A stretch of DNA of 64,000 nt, taken from positions 183,751-247,750 of the forward strand of contig CAYUKU010000001.1 in the NCBI GenBank assembly GCA_964445435.1, written 5' to 3'. The stretch is from an uncultured Gammaproteobacteria bacterium (GTDB lineage Bacteria > Patescibacteriota > Microgenomatia > UBA10105 > UBA927). The position numbers and the translations under genes were made by a program. The notes under the pieces are model-generated. The model saw only the letters and a program-made list of their open reading frames with translations. It did not search any database and was not told the DNA's origin. Below are positions 20,316 to 30,053 of the stretch, one piece after another; within the stretch, counting starts at the first letter, position 1, and each line of letters begins with the position of its first letter.

Positions 20316-21449
20316 GAGGTCCGTGTATAAGCGTGAGAAGCATCTGTGCAGCTGATGAGCGGTTTCTATGAACTCATTCTTCGTGTTTCCAAGTCCGGAA
20401 GGAAGATAGAAGCCTGTTTTTTCTACCTCCTGTGCCACAGGAAATGAACGGTTCTTGAATACTTTGAGAGCGGTGAAAGCGCGTGAAGGAGAGTAGAAAA
20501 ATGTACGAGTCTGGATTCCTTTTTCCATGAGTCGATCCATAATATTTTGTCGGGTTACATTTGTTTTTTTACTATTAATACGCACTGCGTACATCCAATA
20601 CACACTCTCGGCCCATGGCTCTTCTTTTGGTAGGATAAGTCCCGGAATGTCTGAGAGGCGTGTGTGATATAGTTTTGCCATCCGACGTTTTTGTGCAAGA
20701 GACATTTCGAGTTCTTCCAGACTCGCGAGGCCGACAGCAGCCTGCATGTTGCTCATAAGGTAGTTGTATCCGATGCCGTTATGGATGAATCGCGTTTTTG
20801 AGTGATTTAGCGACTTGAGCCTATTTACATGTTCAATGAGGGACGCGTTGTTTGATGTGACCATGCCTCCTTCCCCGGTGGTTACCATTTTATTTGCATA
20901 GAAACTAAAAATCGCAATATCCCCTATCGAACCTACAGGCTTTCCTTTGTACATTGCCCCATGTGCTTCTGCGGCGTCTTCAATAACTGCGAGGCTGTAT
21001 TTCTTTGCCAGTTTCATGATTGGATCCATGTCACACGGGTGGCCGAAGAGATGAACAACCATAATGGCCTTCGTGCGCTTGGTGATCGCCTGTTCTACAA
21101 GATCAGGGTTTATCGTATACGTATCGGGGGTTATATCGACGGGTACGGCGACGGCGCCGGTGTACCAGATGGCAAAGAAGCATGACGCAATGGTTGTAGC
21201 GGGAAGAATGACCTCGTCGCCCTTACCGATGCCGAGAGCCATGATGGCTAAATGAAGAGAGGCGGTTCCCGAACTGGTTGCAGAGGCATAAGAAACGCCC
21301 AGCCGGCGGGCAAATTGGTTTTCAAATTCCTTGACGTACGGTCCTTCCGAGGAAAACCACCCTGTCTTCACACACTCATCAAGATACCGTTTGGCCCGCC
21401 TGGGCACGCGTGGCCTATTGACCGGAATTATTGCGGAATTTTTACCCAT
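20307..21449 (-). CDS. DegT/DnrJ/EryC1/StrS-family PLP-dependent sugar aminotransferase (WbpE/ArnB-like).
   Basis: Full-length colinearity with the fold-type I sugar aminotransferase family, including FSFYANKMVTTGEGGMV (PLP-lysine region). Confidence 0.85.
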   Translation of the reverse strand: MGKNSAIIPVNRPRVPRRAKRYLDECVKTGWFSSEGPYVKEFENQFARRLGVSYASATSSGTASLHLAIMALGIGKGDEVILPATTIASCFFAIWYTGAVAVPVDITPDTYTINPDLVEQAITKRTKAIMVVHLFGHPCDMDPIMKLAKKYSLAVIEDAAEAHGAMYKGKPVGSIGDIAIFSFYANKMVTTGEGGMVTSNNASLIEHVNRLKSLNHSKTRFIHNGIGYNYLMSNMQAAVGLASLEELEMSLAQKRRMAKLYHTRLSDIPGLILPKEEPWAESVYWMYAVRINSKKTNVTRQNIMDRLMEKGIQTRTFFYSPSRAFTALKVFKNRSFPVAQEVEKTGFYLPSGLGNTKNEFIETAHQLHRCFSRLYTDLSH

Positions 21450-22420
21450 GTTTTTTTCTTCGACGAAGCGTATGCACTTTCAATCATAGCAATAACCGCT
21501 GCCCCGTCGTCTCCGTTTGGTTGCGGTTGTTTGCCTCCAAAAATGCACTCTTTCATATACAGAAGTTCCCGATGATATGACGTTTTGGGCTCGTTGGAAT
21601 AATCATACGTAGTACATATTCCTGATTTTCCTCCCACCTGGACCGTGTCGTGCGTCGTGGAGTCGATAATGATATATCCGTTTTCTCCCCAGAGCTCGAT
21701 GTGGAGATAGCCTGCCCATTGGATCCATGATGAGGTAATAACGGCATGACGTTTATCCTTCGTGACGAAGATCGCCGATCCAAGATCCTCAACAGACGCT
21801 TTCTTCCAGAAGACATTGGTCATATATGCACTGCAGGAGACGAAGGGGCCCATGAACATGCGTGCGATATCAAGGACGTGACAGCCGTTATCGATAAATG
21901 ATCCCCCGCCAGAAATTGAAGGGTCCCAAAACCACTTCCCCGCCACCCGTTGTCCGTTGATGCCGATGCTTGCCCGAAAGTGAAGCAGTTTGCCGATTGA
22001 GCCGTTTTCATAGAGTTCTCTTGCTTTTTGGACGGTGTGGAAAAATCGGTGATTCGAGCCGGTTTTCAGAAGTCTCTTGTATGTGCGAGAGGCGTTTGTA
22101 ATCTGGCGTGCGCCTTTCAGCGACGGCGCAAGCGGTTTCTCGCATAAGACATGCATGCCTCGTTTGAGTGCTTCGACTGATACGGCGATGTGATCACTAT
22201 TCGGCGTTGATATGATCGCAAGATCAGGAGTGTCATTGAGTTCGGCTAAACCGCCGAAGGTTGGAATACGAAACGTTCGGGAGATCATCTGTCGCCTTGA
22301 GGAAGAAGGATCGACGACACCGACAACTCCGAAATCCCCAGGCATGGAAAGGCAGGCTTCAAGCCGTTTTGTCCCAAAGGATCCTGCGCCAACGATGACA
22401 GTTTTCAGTAACCTTTTCAT
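21428..22420 (-). CDS. Gfo/Idh/MocA-family NAD(P)-dependent sugar oxidoreductase (WbpB-like).
   Basis: MKRLLKTVIVGAGSFGTKR Rossmann start, CEKPLA motif. The ORF-track start at 22525 is probably an over-extension; MKRL at 22420 fits the fold. Confidence 0.8.
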   Translation of the reverse strand: MKRLLKTVIVGAGSFGTKRLEACLSMPGDFGVVGVVDPSSSRRQMISRTFRIPTFGGLAELNDTPDLAIISTPNSDHIAVSVEALKRGMHVLCEKPLAPSLKGARQITNASRTYKRLLKTGSNHRFFHTVQKARELYENGSIGKLLHFRASIGINGQRVAGKWFWDPSISGGGSFIDNGCHVLDIARMFMGPFVSCSAYMTNVFWKKASVEDLGSAIFVTKDKRHAVITSSWIQWAGYLHIELWGENGYIIIDSTTHDTVQVGGKSGICTTYDYSNEPKTSYHRELLYMKECIFGGKQPQPNGDDGAAVIAMIESAYASSKKKTWVKIPQ

Positions 22421-22478
22421 GTCGGGCATTGTAGCAGCCTTATTTCCCGTTCTCAATACAAGTGGAAGCGCTGGTATA

Positions 22479-23627
22479 ATGGCCGTGATGAAACCAGTCG
22501 TCGTTTTTCTTTTTAATTCTCCCATTGAGAGCGGGTGCGATTATGTTTCCCAAACGATGCGCATCGTTTCGCGTACACACAAAGTGTATGGACTCGCGCT
22601 GGGAGACATCGTTGGATTGTCCCGAATATTTGGGACTCAAAGATTTGTGTTTCGACAGAAAGGCTCGTGGGTGCTTAAGCCGATAAGCATCGTGCCGGGT
22701 ATTCGATGGGAGGTGGTTCGTGTCGCCAATTACCTCATTGCCAGTGCGTTTCTTCGTTTATATCTTTCTATTCGATTCCCGGGCCGACCAAAGATTCTTT
22801 GGTATTTCGAGCCGTTTCATATTCCGCCGCTTCTTTCGATATTCCGTCCTTACATGAAGGTATACGATTGTGTAGATTATTATCCGGGTTTTCATGAAGC
22901 GGCGAAGCGACAACACATAACACTTCTTGAAAGGTCAGACTATGTCTTTGCTAATTCCACCGCACTTGGCAAGGAGCTCGCACGGACCCGTCCCGACACC
23001 ACCGTAGTTCCGGTGGGATTTGCCCAAGAGCTGTTTGCCCACATGCGTGATTCCCCGCCTTTTTTCGATAAAAAAACGCTTGTTGTCGGATATATTGGAA
23101 GCATTAGCGACAGGATTGATTTCGGATTTGTCCATGCGGTTGCAAAAAAACTTCCCTATGTAACATTTAGATTTATCGGGTCCCTGGAGGATGGCGTCTT
23201 CGGCAAGAGGGATCGGGCACGCCAGTCATTTGAAAAACTTGTACAGTTGAAAAACGTTATGTGGATTCCGGCAGTTCCCAAAAAAGATGTCCCCAGAATT
23301 CTTGAGGAGATTGACATCGGACTAATCCCCTATCGTTCCGAAGCGAGCTTCAACCGATTGTCTTTTCCCATGAAAGTGTTTGAATATTTTTATGCAGGCA
23401 AGCCGGTAGTTAGCTTGCCCATTGAGGCACTCGCGCAGTTTGCACGCGAAGAATTGCTTTATATCGTGCAAGATGATGTAAGGGCTGTAGATATAATAAT
23501 GGAGATTCATCGCGCCGGTTGGACAGTTGCAAAAATGCGAAAGCAGCGGAAGCATGCGTTGAAAAACACATGGCGCGAAAAAATTTCTGCTATTTTCCGA
23601 GTGCTGCAAATGTTGCCCCAACAATAG
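22479..23627 (+). CDS. Glycosyltransferase family 4 (GT-B).
   Basis: C-terminal GLIPYR...FPMKVFEYFYAGKPVVS donor-binding region. The ORF-track start at 22212 overlaps the divergent oxidoreductase; the start was moved to an internal Met. Confidence 0.7.
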   Translation: MAVMKPVVVFLFNSPIESGCDYVSQTMRIVSRTHKVYGLALGDIVGLSRIFGTQRFVFRQKGSWVLKPISIVPGIRWEVVRVANYLIASAFLRLYLSIRFPGRPKILWYFEPFHIPPLLSIFRPYMKVYDCVDYYPGFHEAAKRQHITLLERSDYVFANSTALGKELARTRPDTTVVPVGFAQELFAHMRDSPPFFDKKTLVVGYIGSISDRIDFGFVHAVAKKLPYVTFRFIGSLEDGVFGKRDRARQSFEKLVQLKNVMWIPAVPKKDVPRILEEIDIGLIPYRSEASFNRLSFPMKVFEYFYAGKPVVSLPIEALAQFAREELLYIVQDDVRAVDIIMEIHRAGWTVAKMRKQRKHALKNTWREKISAIFRVLQMLPQQ

Positions 23628-24468
23628 TGCCGTAGAGTCTTGCCAGCGCTTTGGTTATTTCGTAATAAAGTGATCGGAAGCGAATACAAGGAAACACACT
23701 TCTAAATATCGATACTACCGAATCTCGGATATTTGCATATACGATTTTCGCTGCAAACGGAAAATGGCGGAAGTAATAGTATGAGTAGCATGCCATTTCG
23801 CCGCACACATAGGACAATTCTAATTGGCGCATAGCCGTTGGCGTTACCCATCGATTGTGATACACAATTGATTGTGGCGTACTGACGATTTTGCCGCCCG
23901 CTGTCAAAACGCGGAGCGCGAATTCAGCGTCCTCTGCGTTGCTACCAAGAGAGCCTGGACCTAGCCAGGTTTTAAATGGTCCGAATGAATCAAAAACGGA
24001 TTTTCGAAATGCCATATTGTTTCCAAATCCAATGTATTTGGAGTGTAAAAGCGGTTTTTTAAACATTCGTACGCGACGGGTGACGAAAACGGACGGGCAG
24101 ACTTGCAGCGTGTGATTTTTCGGTCTGTACGGAAACGTGTTCCCAAAAACTGCCAAAACGTTGGGATCCTTATCAAACTGTTTTTTTATCGAAGAAAGCC
24201 AATGTGGTGAAACAATGCAATCATCGTCAGTAAATGCCAGGATATCGCCTCTTGCGATGCGCGTTGCAATGTTGAGAGCATTGGATTTTCCTGATCCTGG
24301 CTCGTGGACATAACGGATGTTTACATGCACCTGTGAAACTAGAGCCGGAGTTGTGCTTTGGTCGATAATGATAACTTCAAAGTCCTTCCAAGAGGATTTT
24401 GCGAGCGCCTTAAGGCACCGGATTAAATCCTGCTTGCGATGCTTTGTTGCTATTATGACCGATATCAT
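23590..24468 (-). CDS. Glycosyltransferase family 2 (GT-A).
   Basis: MISVIIATKHRKQDLIRCLKAL N-terminal GT2 block, FTDDDC DxD motif. Confidence 0.75.
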   Translation of the reverse strand: MISVIIATKHRKQDLIRCLKALAKSSWKDFEVIIIDQSTTPALVSQVHVNIRYVHEPGSGKSNALNIATRIARGDILAFTDDDCIVSPHWLSSIKKQFDKDPNVLAVFGNTFPYRPKNHTLQVCPSVFVTRRVRMFKKPLLHSKYIGFGNNMAFRKSVFDSFGPFKTWLGPGSLGSNAEDAEFALRVLTAGGKIVSTPQSIVYHNRWVTPTAMRQLELSYVCGEMACYSYYYFRHFPFAAKIVYANIRDSVVSIFRSVFPCIRFRSLYYEITKALARLYGTIVGATFAALGK

Positions 24469-24520
24469 AATCCGAAGCGATCATACCACGGAATTTGGTA
24501 GAATACGCGAGATTATCTTT

Positions 24521-25714
24521 ATGCGCATTCTTTATGTCGTTCCGGAAGAGTTTGACGGGAAGCGGTGGGGCGGGGTCAGCTCGTATACAATCTCAATCGC
24601 GCAAGCGATGACAAAGCGGGGTCACGAGGTGCGCATTCTTACACCAGGAAACAGCTTTCAATGCAGCACCAGATATGACACGACCATCTGTACTCTCCCT
24701 GCGATTGTCCGAACAAGATTTCTGCGATTGATTTTGTGGCCGATACGGATATGTATGCCTCATGTGCATGCCTATATCGCATGGGGTTTATCAGTCCGTT
24801 GGTTTGTCAAATATTATTGGATTCCAGATATCGCTGAGATGCCAGAATGGGGTGCAAGTGCTTTATTCTTGCCCTTCTCTTATCGTCCACGAATCGTCGT
24901 GCGGCTACATAGATCATGGTATCAATACGTATGTGATAATAACCTTCCTGTTTCCCTACAAGATAGGATTATAAATATCTTTGAAATTATTAGCGCATGG
25001 TGTGCTTCAGCTGTGTCAAGTCCCACGATATTCATGCGTTCCCGATACCGGGCGATGTCTGCATATTTTGCCCTACGTCGTGCTCCATTTCGTGTTATCG
25101 CCAACGCCGTAGCACCATGGAGACCCTTCAGGGGCAAGAGGGTTCTTTCCTATCCTTATGTTTTGACGGTAGGAAGGATTGAAGTTGGAAAAGGAAGCGT
25201 GCTTCTGGCAGACGCGTTTCTCGGAATACTTAGACGATTTCCACACATACGACTTGTATATCTCGGCGAAGACACTACAATGTTTATTCGTGGTAGATGG
25301 AGGAGTTGCCAAGAGTATATCTTAGAGAAGTATCGAAAGGCGAACCGAGAGTGGAATGTAGTTTTCACCGGTAAGAAAGCGCATAAAGAGATTGCAGCGT
25401 ATTATTGGGGCTGCATGTTTTATGTCGCGCCGTCGCGCGGCCATGAGAATCCGTCATTGGCGCTTCTTGAAGCTTTGCGTGCGGGTAAGGCTGTTGTAGC
25501 GAGCCGTACTGGCGGAATTCCTGAGATAGTTACGCACGGAAAAAATGGATTATTGTTTGATGTAGATCAGGTGTACGCGTTGCAATCAGCTATAATCCGA
25601 CTTATCACTGATCATCGTCTGCGGATGCGTCTTGCCAGATCATCCAGATACAACGCTTCATCGTTTGACTTATTTTGTCAGCAGACAGAGAGACTTTATA
25701 AATCAATCGTATAA
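24521..25714 (+). CDS. Glycosyltransferase family 4 (GT-B).
   Basis: MRILYVVPEEFDGKRWGGVSSY N-terminus. PSRGHENPSLALLEALRAGKAVVASRTGGIPEIV E-x7-E motif. Confidence 0.75.
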   Translation: MRILYVVPEEFDGKRWGGVSSYTISIAQAMTKRGHEVRILTPGNSFQCSTRYDTTICTLPAIVRTRFLRLILWPIRICMPHVHAYIAWGLSVRWFVKYYWIPDIAEMPEWGASALFLPFSYRPRIVVRLHRSWYQYVCDNNLPVSLQDRIINIFEIISAWCASAVSSPTIFMRSRYRAMSAYFALRRAPFRVIANAVAPWRPFRGKRVLSYPYVLTVGRIEVGKGSVLLADAFLGILRRFPHIRLVYLGEDTTMFIRGRWRSCQEYILEKYRKANREWNVVFTGKKAHKEIAAYYWGCMFYVAPSRGHENPSLALLEALRAGKAVVASRTGGIPEIVTHGKNGLLFDVDQVYALQSAIIRLITDHRLRMRLARSSRYNASSFDLFCQQTERLYKSIV

Positions 25715-25719
25715 GTATC

Positions 25720-26574
25720 CTATAGATGATCCCTTTGTGCAATTTGCCGGCAATATTGCCATAGGTCGCGACATTCTGGTAGTTCCCAAAATTTGTATCC
25801 TTTTCCACCGAAAGCATGGAGTATTTTTGCCTTCCCGCCCGCATTCCAACCTGTCCAATAAGCGCTCCATTCCTTTCGTCCTGTGATTGCGTGTTTGAGC
25901 GTTTTGATAAATGGGTAGTGGCCTATACGTGCGACAATAGAGCCGTTCACGATGCGAATTTGACTATACTTGGCAAGTGTATTGTATTCATGTCCTATAT
26001 GTTTGTGCATGAAATCGTAATGCATCCGGCGTAAATATGAATTGAGAATTCCCTGCTGTCCCGCTTGAAGGATGATTCTTTTCCCATCCTGCTTATATTG
26101 TTCTATGAGTTTCGCGAGGGTGATAAAACCATGTCGACTTGAATAACTGAATACTCCGGCATTCATCAACATCCAGTCGTCGTCAAGACGACGTTCCGGG
26201 ATACCAATAAGCGGTTTTTGGGAAATGATCCTCCACCAATCGTCAAGAGAATCCAGAATTAGCGCATCGGCATCTACATAGATAAATTTGTATATTTTTC
26301 GCTTTTCGATTTCATGCCAGAGACCTAGTTGCAATTCCTGAGCCGGATGGTGGGTGAACCCCTCTGTGATCTGACGTACGCTCTTGGGGATAGAAAACGG
26401 TTGTATCCGAATCCTGGGATTGTATTGGACAAATGAAGCAAGTGGCCAGCCTTTCCCTGTATGGAAGATGGTTATTTTCGCGCGCGGGTTATATTTAATA
26501 GCGAATGCAAGCCATGCCTTACACAGAATGGTGGGTTTGCCTTTCTTGTAATCCATGATAGTGATTATATGCAT
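25720..26574 (-). CDS. GT8-like nucleotide-sugar glycosyltransferase (GT-A with DxD).
   Basis: YVDADALILDS (DxD) followed by NAGVFS (GT8 NSGVML-like block) and a later H-rich segment. Confidence 0.5.
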   Translation of the reverse strand: MHIITIMDYKKGKPTILCKAWLAFAIKYNPRAKITIFHTGKGWPLASFVQYNPRIRIQPFSIPKSVRQITEGFTHHPAQELQLGLWHEIEKRKIYKFIYVDADALILDSLDDWWRIISQKPLIGIPERRLDDDWMLMNAGVFSYSSRHGFITLAKLIEQYKQDGKRIILQAGQQGILNSYLRRMHYDFMHKHIGHEYNTLAKYSQIRIVNGSIVARIGHYPFIKTLKHAITGRKEWSAYWTGWNAGGKAKILHAFGGKGYKFWELPECRDLWQYCRQIAQRDHL

Positions 26575-26677
26575 ATTGAGATACTGCGCATGTTTGGAAG
26601 AAGTTTACTACACTACGACATCATGCTACAATCAGCCAAACATGTTTTTTGAACTTCCTTAATCCCCTATTTCTTAC

Positions 26678-27730
26678 ATGAAGAAGAAAAACGTTTTTGT
26701 TATTGGTTCCGGAAGGCGAGTTCAGAGTGCGATTTTGCCTGCATTAGCGTGTCTGAATTCTTCCTATCGGATTGCTGGAATTTATTCGCAGTCAATACAT
26801 GCTATCCGAATTCCAGGAACGAAGATAACAATGTGGACAAGTAATCAGTTCTCTGATACCAATTTTTCTGATATTGATCTTATTATTATTGCGATACCCC
26901 CCTCTCAGGTTATTCGTGTAGGTCGTGAGCTGCTGAGTGCCGGAGCACGCCATTGTATTGTGTTCGTCGATACGCCGGTTTTAGCGCTGCGAGATGTTTT
27001 GAGTTGCGGAATTTTTTCTTCGTTTAGAGCCGTGTATGTTTCTGAGGATTACCGGAGTATGCTTTGTTATGATGTGGCCGCTCGCCTTATTAAACGCGGT
27101 TATATAGGCACACTAAAACACGTTTATTTGTTTCATTCCGGTTATAAGTACCATGCCATCGCAGTCATAAAGAAACTTACCGGCTGTCAGTGGGTGCGAG
27201 CGATCAGACGAGTTTCTGTGAGTCGTGAAATAAGCGAATTGCGCCTTCGTCTCCCTGGTGGCGTTGGCGCGACCATCGTGGAGCCGAGGGATTATTCGGT
27301 AGGGAGATTTTTGATCGTTGGCGAAAAAGGCTGCATATCGGATTATCCAATTCAAGAAGCTCGGACAATGCATCTATCCTATTTGGGGAAAGGTACGCGC
27401 ATTGTGGGTTTTCGTGTATCAGGGGCGATACGGAAATGGTATTCTCTACACCCGAATTACCGCACAGAAATCGCAGGTGATGCTTCGGTTAGCGTGCCGC
27501 TGCAGAATCAAAAGATTGAAGGATTGGTGCGCATGTATGCGTCTATCTGGCGTTTCAATTCCTCGTATAAGTATGCATGGTATGATGGGCTATATGATAG
27601 TATTGTTTCATCCATGACTGACCGGTTGGGATGGTTTTGGGACACGGGACTGATCCCATCAGGAGAATCGACTGTAAAGATGTTTATTCGCCTTTTGGGC
27701 AGAATTAATTTTGGATCATGGATGCGATAG
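26678..27730 (+). CDS. NAD(P)-binding oxidoreductase (Gfo/Idh/MocA-like Rossmann-fold protein).
   Basis: MKKKNVFVIGSGRRVQSAILPAL dinucleotide-binding start. 350 aa. Confidence 0.45.
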   Translation: MKKKNVFVIGSGRRVQSAILPALACLNSSYRIAGIYSQSIHAIRIPGTKITMWTSNQFSDTNFSDIDLIIIAIPPSQVIRVGRELLSAGARHCIVFVDTPVLALRDVLSCGIFSSFRAVYVSEDYRSMLCYDVAARLIKRGYIGTLKHVYLFHSGYKYHAIAVIKKLTGCQWVRAIRRVSVSREISELRLRLPGGVGATIVEPRDYSVGRFLIVGEKGCISDYPIQEARTMHLSYLGKGTRIVGFRVSGAIRKWYSLHPNYRTEIAGDASVSVPLQNQKIEGLVRMYASIWRFNSSYKYAWYDGLYDSIVSSMTDRLGWFWDTGLIPSGESTVKMFIRLLGRINFGSWMR

Positions 27731-29012
27731 CAAGATGAACGTATTGAAGAATTTTATAAAAAGAACACCATTGTTTCCGTTGGTTCGTAGAATATACCAG
27801 CGTTTAGGCGCGATTCTTTTTCCTGATGAGTTTTCTGACTTTCCTAGCGTGCCCTACCGTTTCAATAAAAAAGAGGCAAAACGTATATACAATATCGTAT
27901 TGAGCGGTAAACTTCACCATCGAGTAGGATACGAAGTTTCTCATTTAGAGCAGGAATTTGCTCAATATCACCGTGTAAAATATGCGCTTGCAACAAATGC
28001 AGGGACAGCGGCGCTCGAGATGGCCGTGAAAGCAGTGGGAATACAACCCGGTGATGAGGTGATAGTCCCATCGTACACATTTATCGCGACCGCGCAGGCG
28101 GTGTTGCTGCGAGGTGGGATTCCTGTTTTTGCAGATATTGATGACACGTTTACAATCTCACCGAAGTCAATCGCAGAAAAAATTACGTCCAGAACCAGGG
28201 CAATTATTCCGGTTCATGTGTTTGGAAATGTTGCCAATATGGAAGCGATCAATAAGATTGCAAGACAGCACAATCTTTCAGTGATTGAAGATTGTTGTCA
28301 GGCTATTGGAGCTCTATACAAGGGAAAAAAAGTGGGTTCGTTATCAGACGTGGCTTGCTTTTCATTTAACGAAAAGAAGGCAGTGACGGCTGGCCAGGGC
28401 GGCATGATTATCACCAATAACAAAAAACTATTCGATATAGCAAACCATACCAGGGAAACCGGCCAGCTTGATGATTCGCTAGCCAGCGATGTCGTAACAA
28501 CCGGAAACACATACGCGCTAACTGAAATGCAGGGAGCGCTTGCGCGGATGGAGTTGGCTCGGCTCGACGAGCTCAATGCCATCCGCAGAGAAAATTTTTC
28601 CTATTTTATAGAAACCATCGACACTGCAGGCCTTCCGCTCAGGTGGTATCGTTTACTTCCCGAGGCGTATCCATCGTTTTCCCGACTGGCGCTTCTTGTC
28701 GATTTCCAAAAGCTAAGCACATCCAGAGCGTCCTTTTTACGAGCGATGCGCGCACGAGATATTCCCATGAAAACCTTCTATCCCAAGCCACTTTATTCAT
28801 ACTCTCTGTTTCAGAATCGTAAAGACGGACTATTGGGTACGGCCTATCCGTTTTCGTTGAACCGTAGCATTGTTTATCGGGGATTGCATCTTCCATATGT
28901 CGAAAAGTTTTGTCGTCAGCTTGTGGGAATTGAGTTTAGTCCATATATAACTAAGCGACACTTACGTTATTTTTGCGGAACGGTTACGCAGTATCTGCGT
29001 TCATATCTATGA
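27711..29012 (+). CDS. DegT/DnrJ/EryC1/StrS-family PLP-dependent sugar aminotransferase.
   Basis: ALATNAGTAALEMAV, FSFNEKKAVTAGQGGMI, YTFIATAQ. ATGA overlap with the downstream oxidoreductase. Confidence 0.8.
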   Translation: MDHGCDSKMNVLKNFIKRTPLFPLVRRIYQRLGAILFPDEFSDFPSVPYRFNKKEAKRIYNIVLSGKLHHRVGYEVSHLEQEFAQYHRVKYALATNAGTAALEMAVKAVGIQPGDEVIVPSYTFIATAQAVLLRGGIPVFADIDDTFTISPKSIAEKITSRTRAIIPVHVFGNVANMEAINKIARQHNLSVIEDCCQAIGALYKGKKVGSLSDVACFSFNEKKAVTAGQGGMIITNNKKLFDIANHTRETGQLDDSLASDVVTTGNTYALTEMQGALARMELARLDELNAIRRENFSYFIETIDTAGLPLRWYRLLPEAYPSFSRLALLVDFQKLSTSRASFLRAMRARDIPMKTFYPKPLYSYSLFQNRKDGLLGTAYPFSLNRSIVYRGLHLPYVEKFCRQLVGIEFSPYITKRHLRYFCGTVTQYLRSYL

Positions 29013-30040
29013 AAATTCGAAACTACAATTCACCAGTGTCAGTTGGTCTTATCGGATTAGGTCTCATCAGTCATATTCATGAAGAGGCGTATCGTCGCAG
29101 ACGAGATGTAGTAATCGAGGCCGTATCTGATAGTGATCACGGATTGTTAGCCAGGCGAGGCAGTCAGATGAGGGTACGCCAGCAATTTCCCGATTATCGG
29201 TATATGCTTGAAAATTCCAATATCGAGATTATCGATGTCATGACACCGCATTACCTTCACGCTCAATGTGTAATAGATGCGCTTAAAACCGGCCATACCG
29301 TTATTTGCGAAAAACCGCTCGCTACGACCGTGGATGATATAGATCGCATGGAAGAAGCCGTAAGGAAATATAAGCGTAAGATTTATATAAAACAATATCT
29401 TCGTCATTCGCTAGCATACCAGAAAGCCCATCAACTTATTGTAAAAGGCAAAATAGGGACTCCTTATTTTGTTCAATGTACGTTTACTACCAATTCCATG
29501 CACGATTACACAAACCCGCATACCTGGAAAGGAAATATTCGTGAGGCGGGTGGTGGAATACTCATTGATGTTGGTGTGCACATGCTCGATCTGCTTATAG
29601 ATATGTTTGGTTTACCTGTCGCGACGTATGCACATACCGGCAGGATTCAAACGACACTTCCACAAAAGGGAGAAGATTTTGCTTCGGCAATCGTCGAGTT
29701 TTCAAACAATCTTATCGCAAACATTAACTGTACCGAAAACGATACGGGATACCGTTTTCGCTGGGAAGTGCGCTTCTATGGTACGCAGGGGGTTATTACG
29801 GTTATTGATCGAGGGAAGGAAGAGAAGCATTTACAATTATTTTCAGAAAATGTTGTTCGATACGAGTTTGTTGAGCGCAATTGGTGGCAAGAAGCAAACA
29901 TTCGGGCCCTTCATGATATTCTTGATAGAATAAAAGATCATAGAGAGCCGCTTGTGTCTATTGTCCACGCGCGAAAAGTACTCCTAACAATTCTTGCCTC
30001 CTACAAGGCTGCAAAATCGGGAAAGAGAGTTGTGATATAG
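29009..30040 (+). CDS. Gfo/Idh/MocA-family sugar oxidoreductase (WbpB-like).
   Basis: VGLIGLGLISHIHEEAY Rossmann motif, CEKPLATT. Start placed at the ATG in the ATGA overlap at 29009. Confidence 0.8.
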   Translation: MKIRNYNSPVSVGLIGLGLISHIHEEAYRRRRDVVIEAVSDSDHGLLARRGSQMRVRQQFPDYRYMLENSNIEIIDVMTPHYLHAQCVIDALKTGHTVICEKPLATTVDDIDRMEEAVRKYKRKIYIKQYLRHSLAYQKAHQLIVKGKIGTPYFVQCTFTTNSMHDYTNPHTWKGNIREAGGGILIDVGVHMLDLLIDMFGLPVATYAHTGRIQTTLPQKGEDFASAIVEFSNNLIANINCTENDTGYRFRWEVRFYGTQGVITVIDRGKEEKHLQLFSENVVRYEFVERNWWQEANIRALHDILDRIKDHREPLVSIVHARKVLLTILASYKAAKSGKRVVI

Positions 30041-30053
30041 CCTAGGTGTTTGT

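Noticed and set aside
22212-22478. N-terminal extension of the GT4 ORF (track start 22212) and of the oxidoreductase ORF (track start 22525).
   Set aside because: The two extensions overlap each other antisense. The Rossmann motif MKRLLKTVIVGAGSFG fixes the oxidoreductase start at 22420, and the GT4 is full length from about 22479.
24317-24520. Extension of the GT4 ORF at 24317.
   Set aside because: It overlaps the 3' end of the convergent GT2 gene. MRILYVVPEE at 24521 is a typical GT4 N-terminus.
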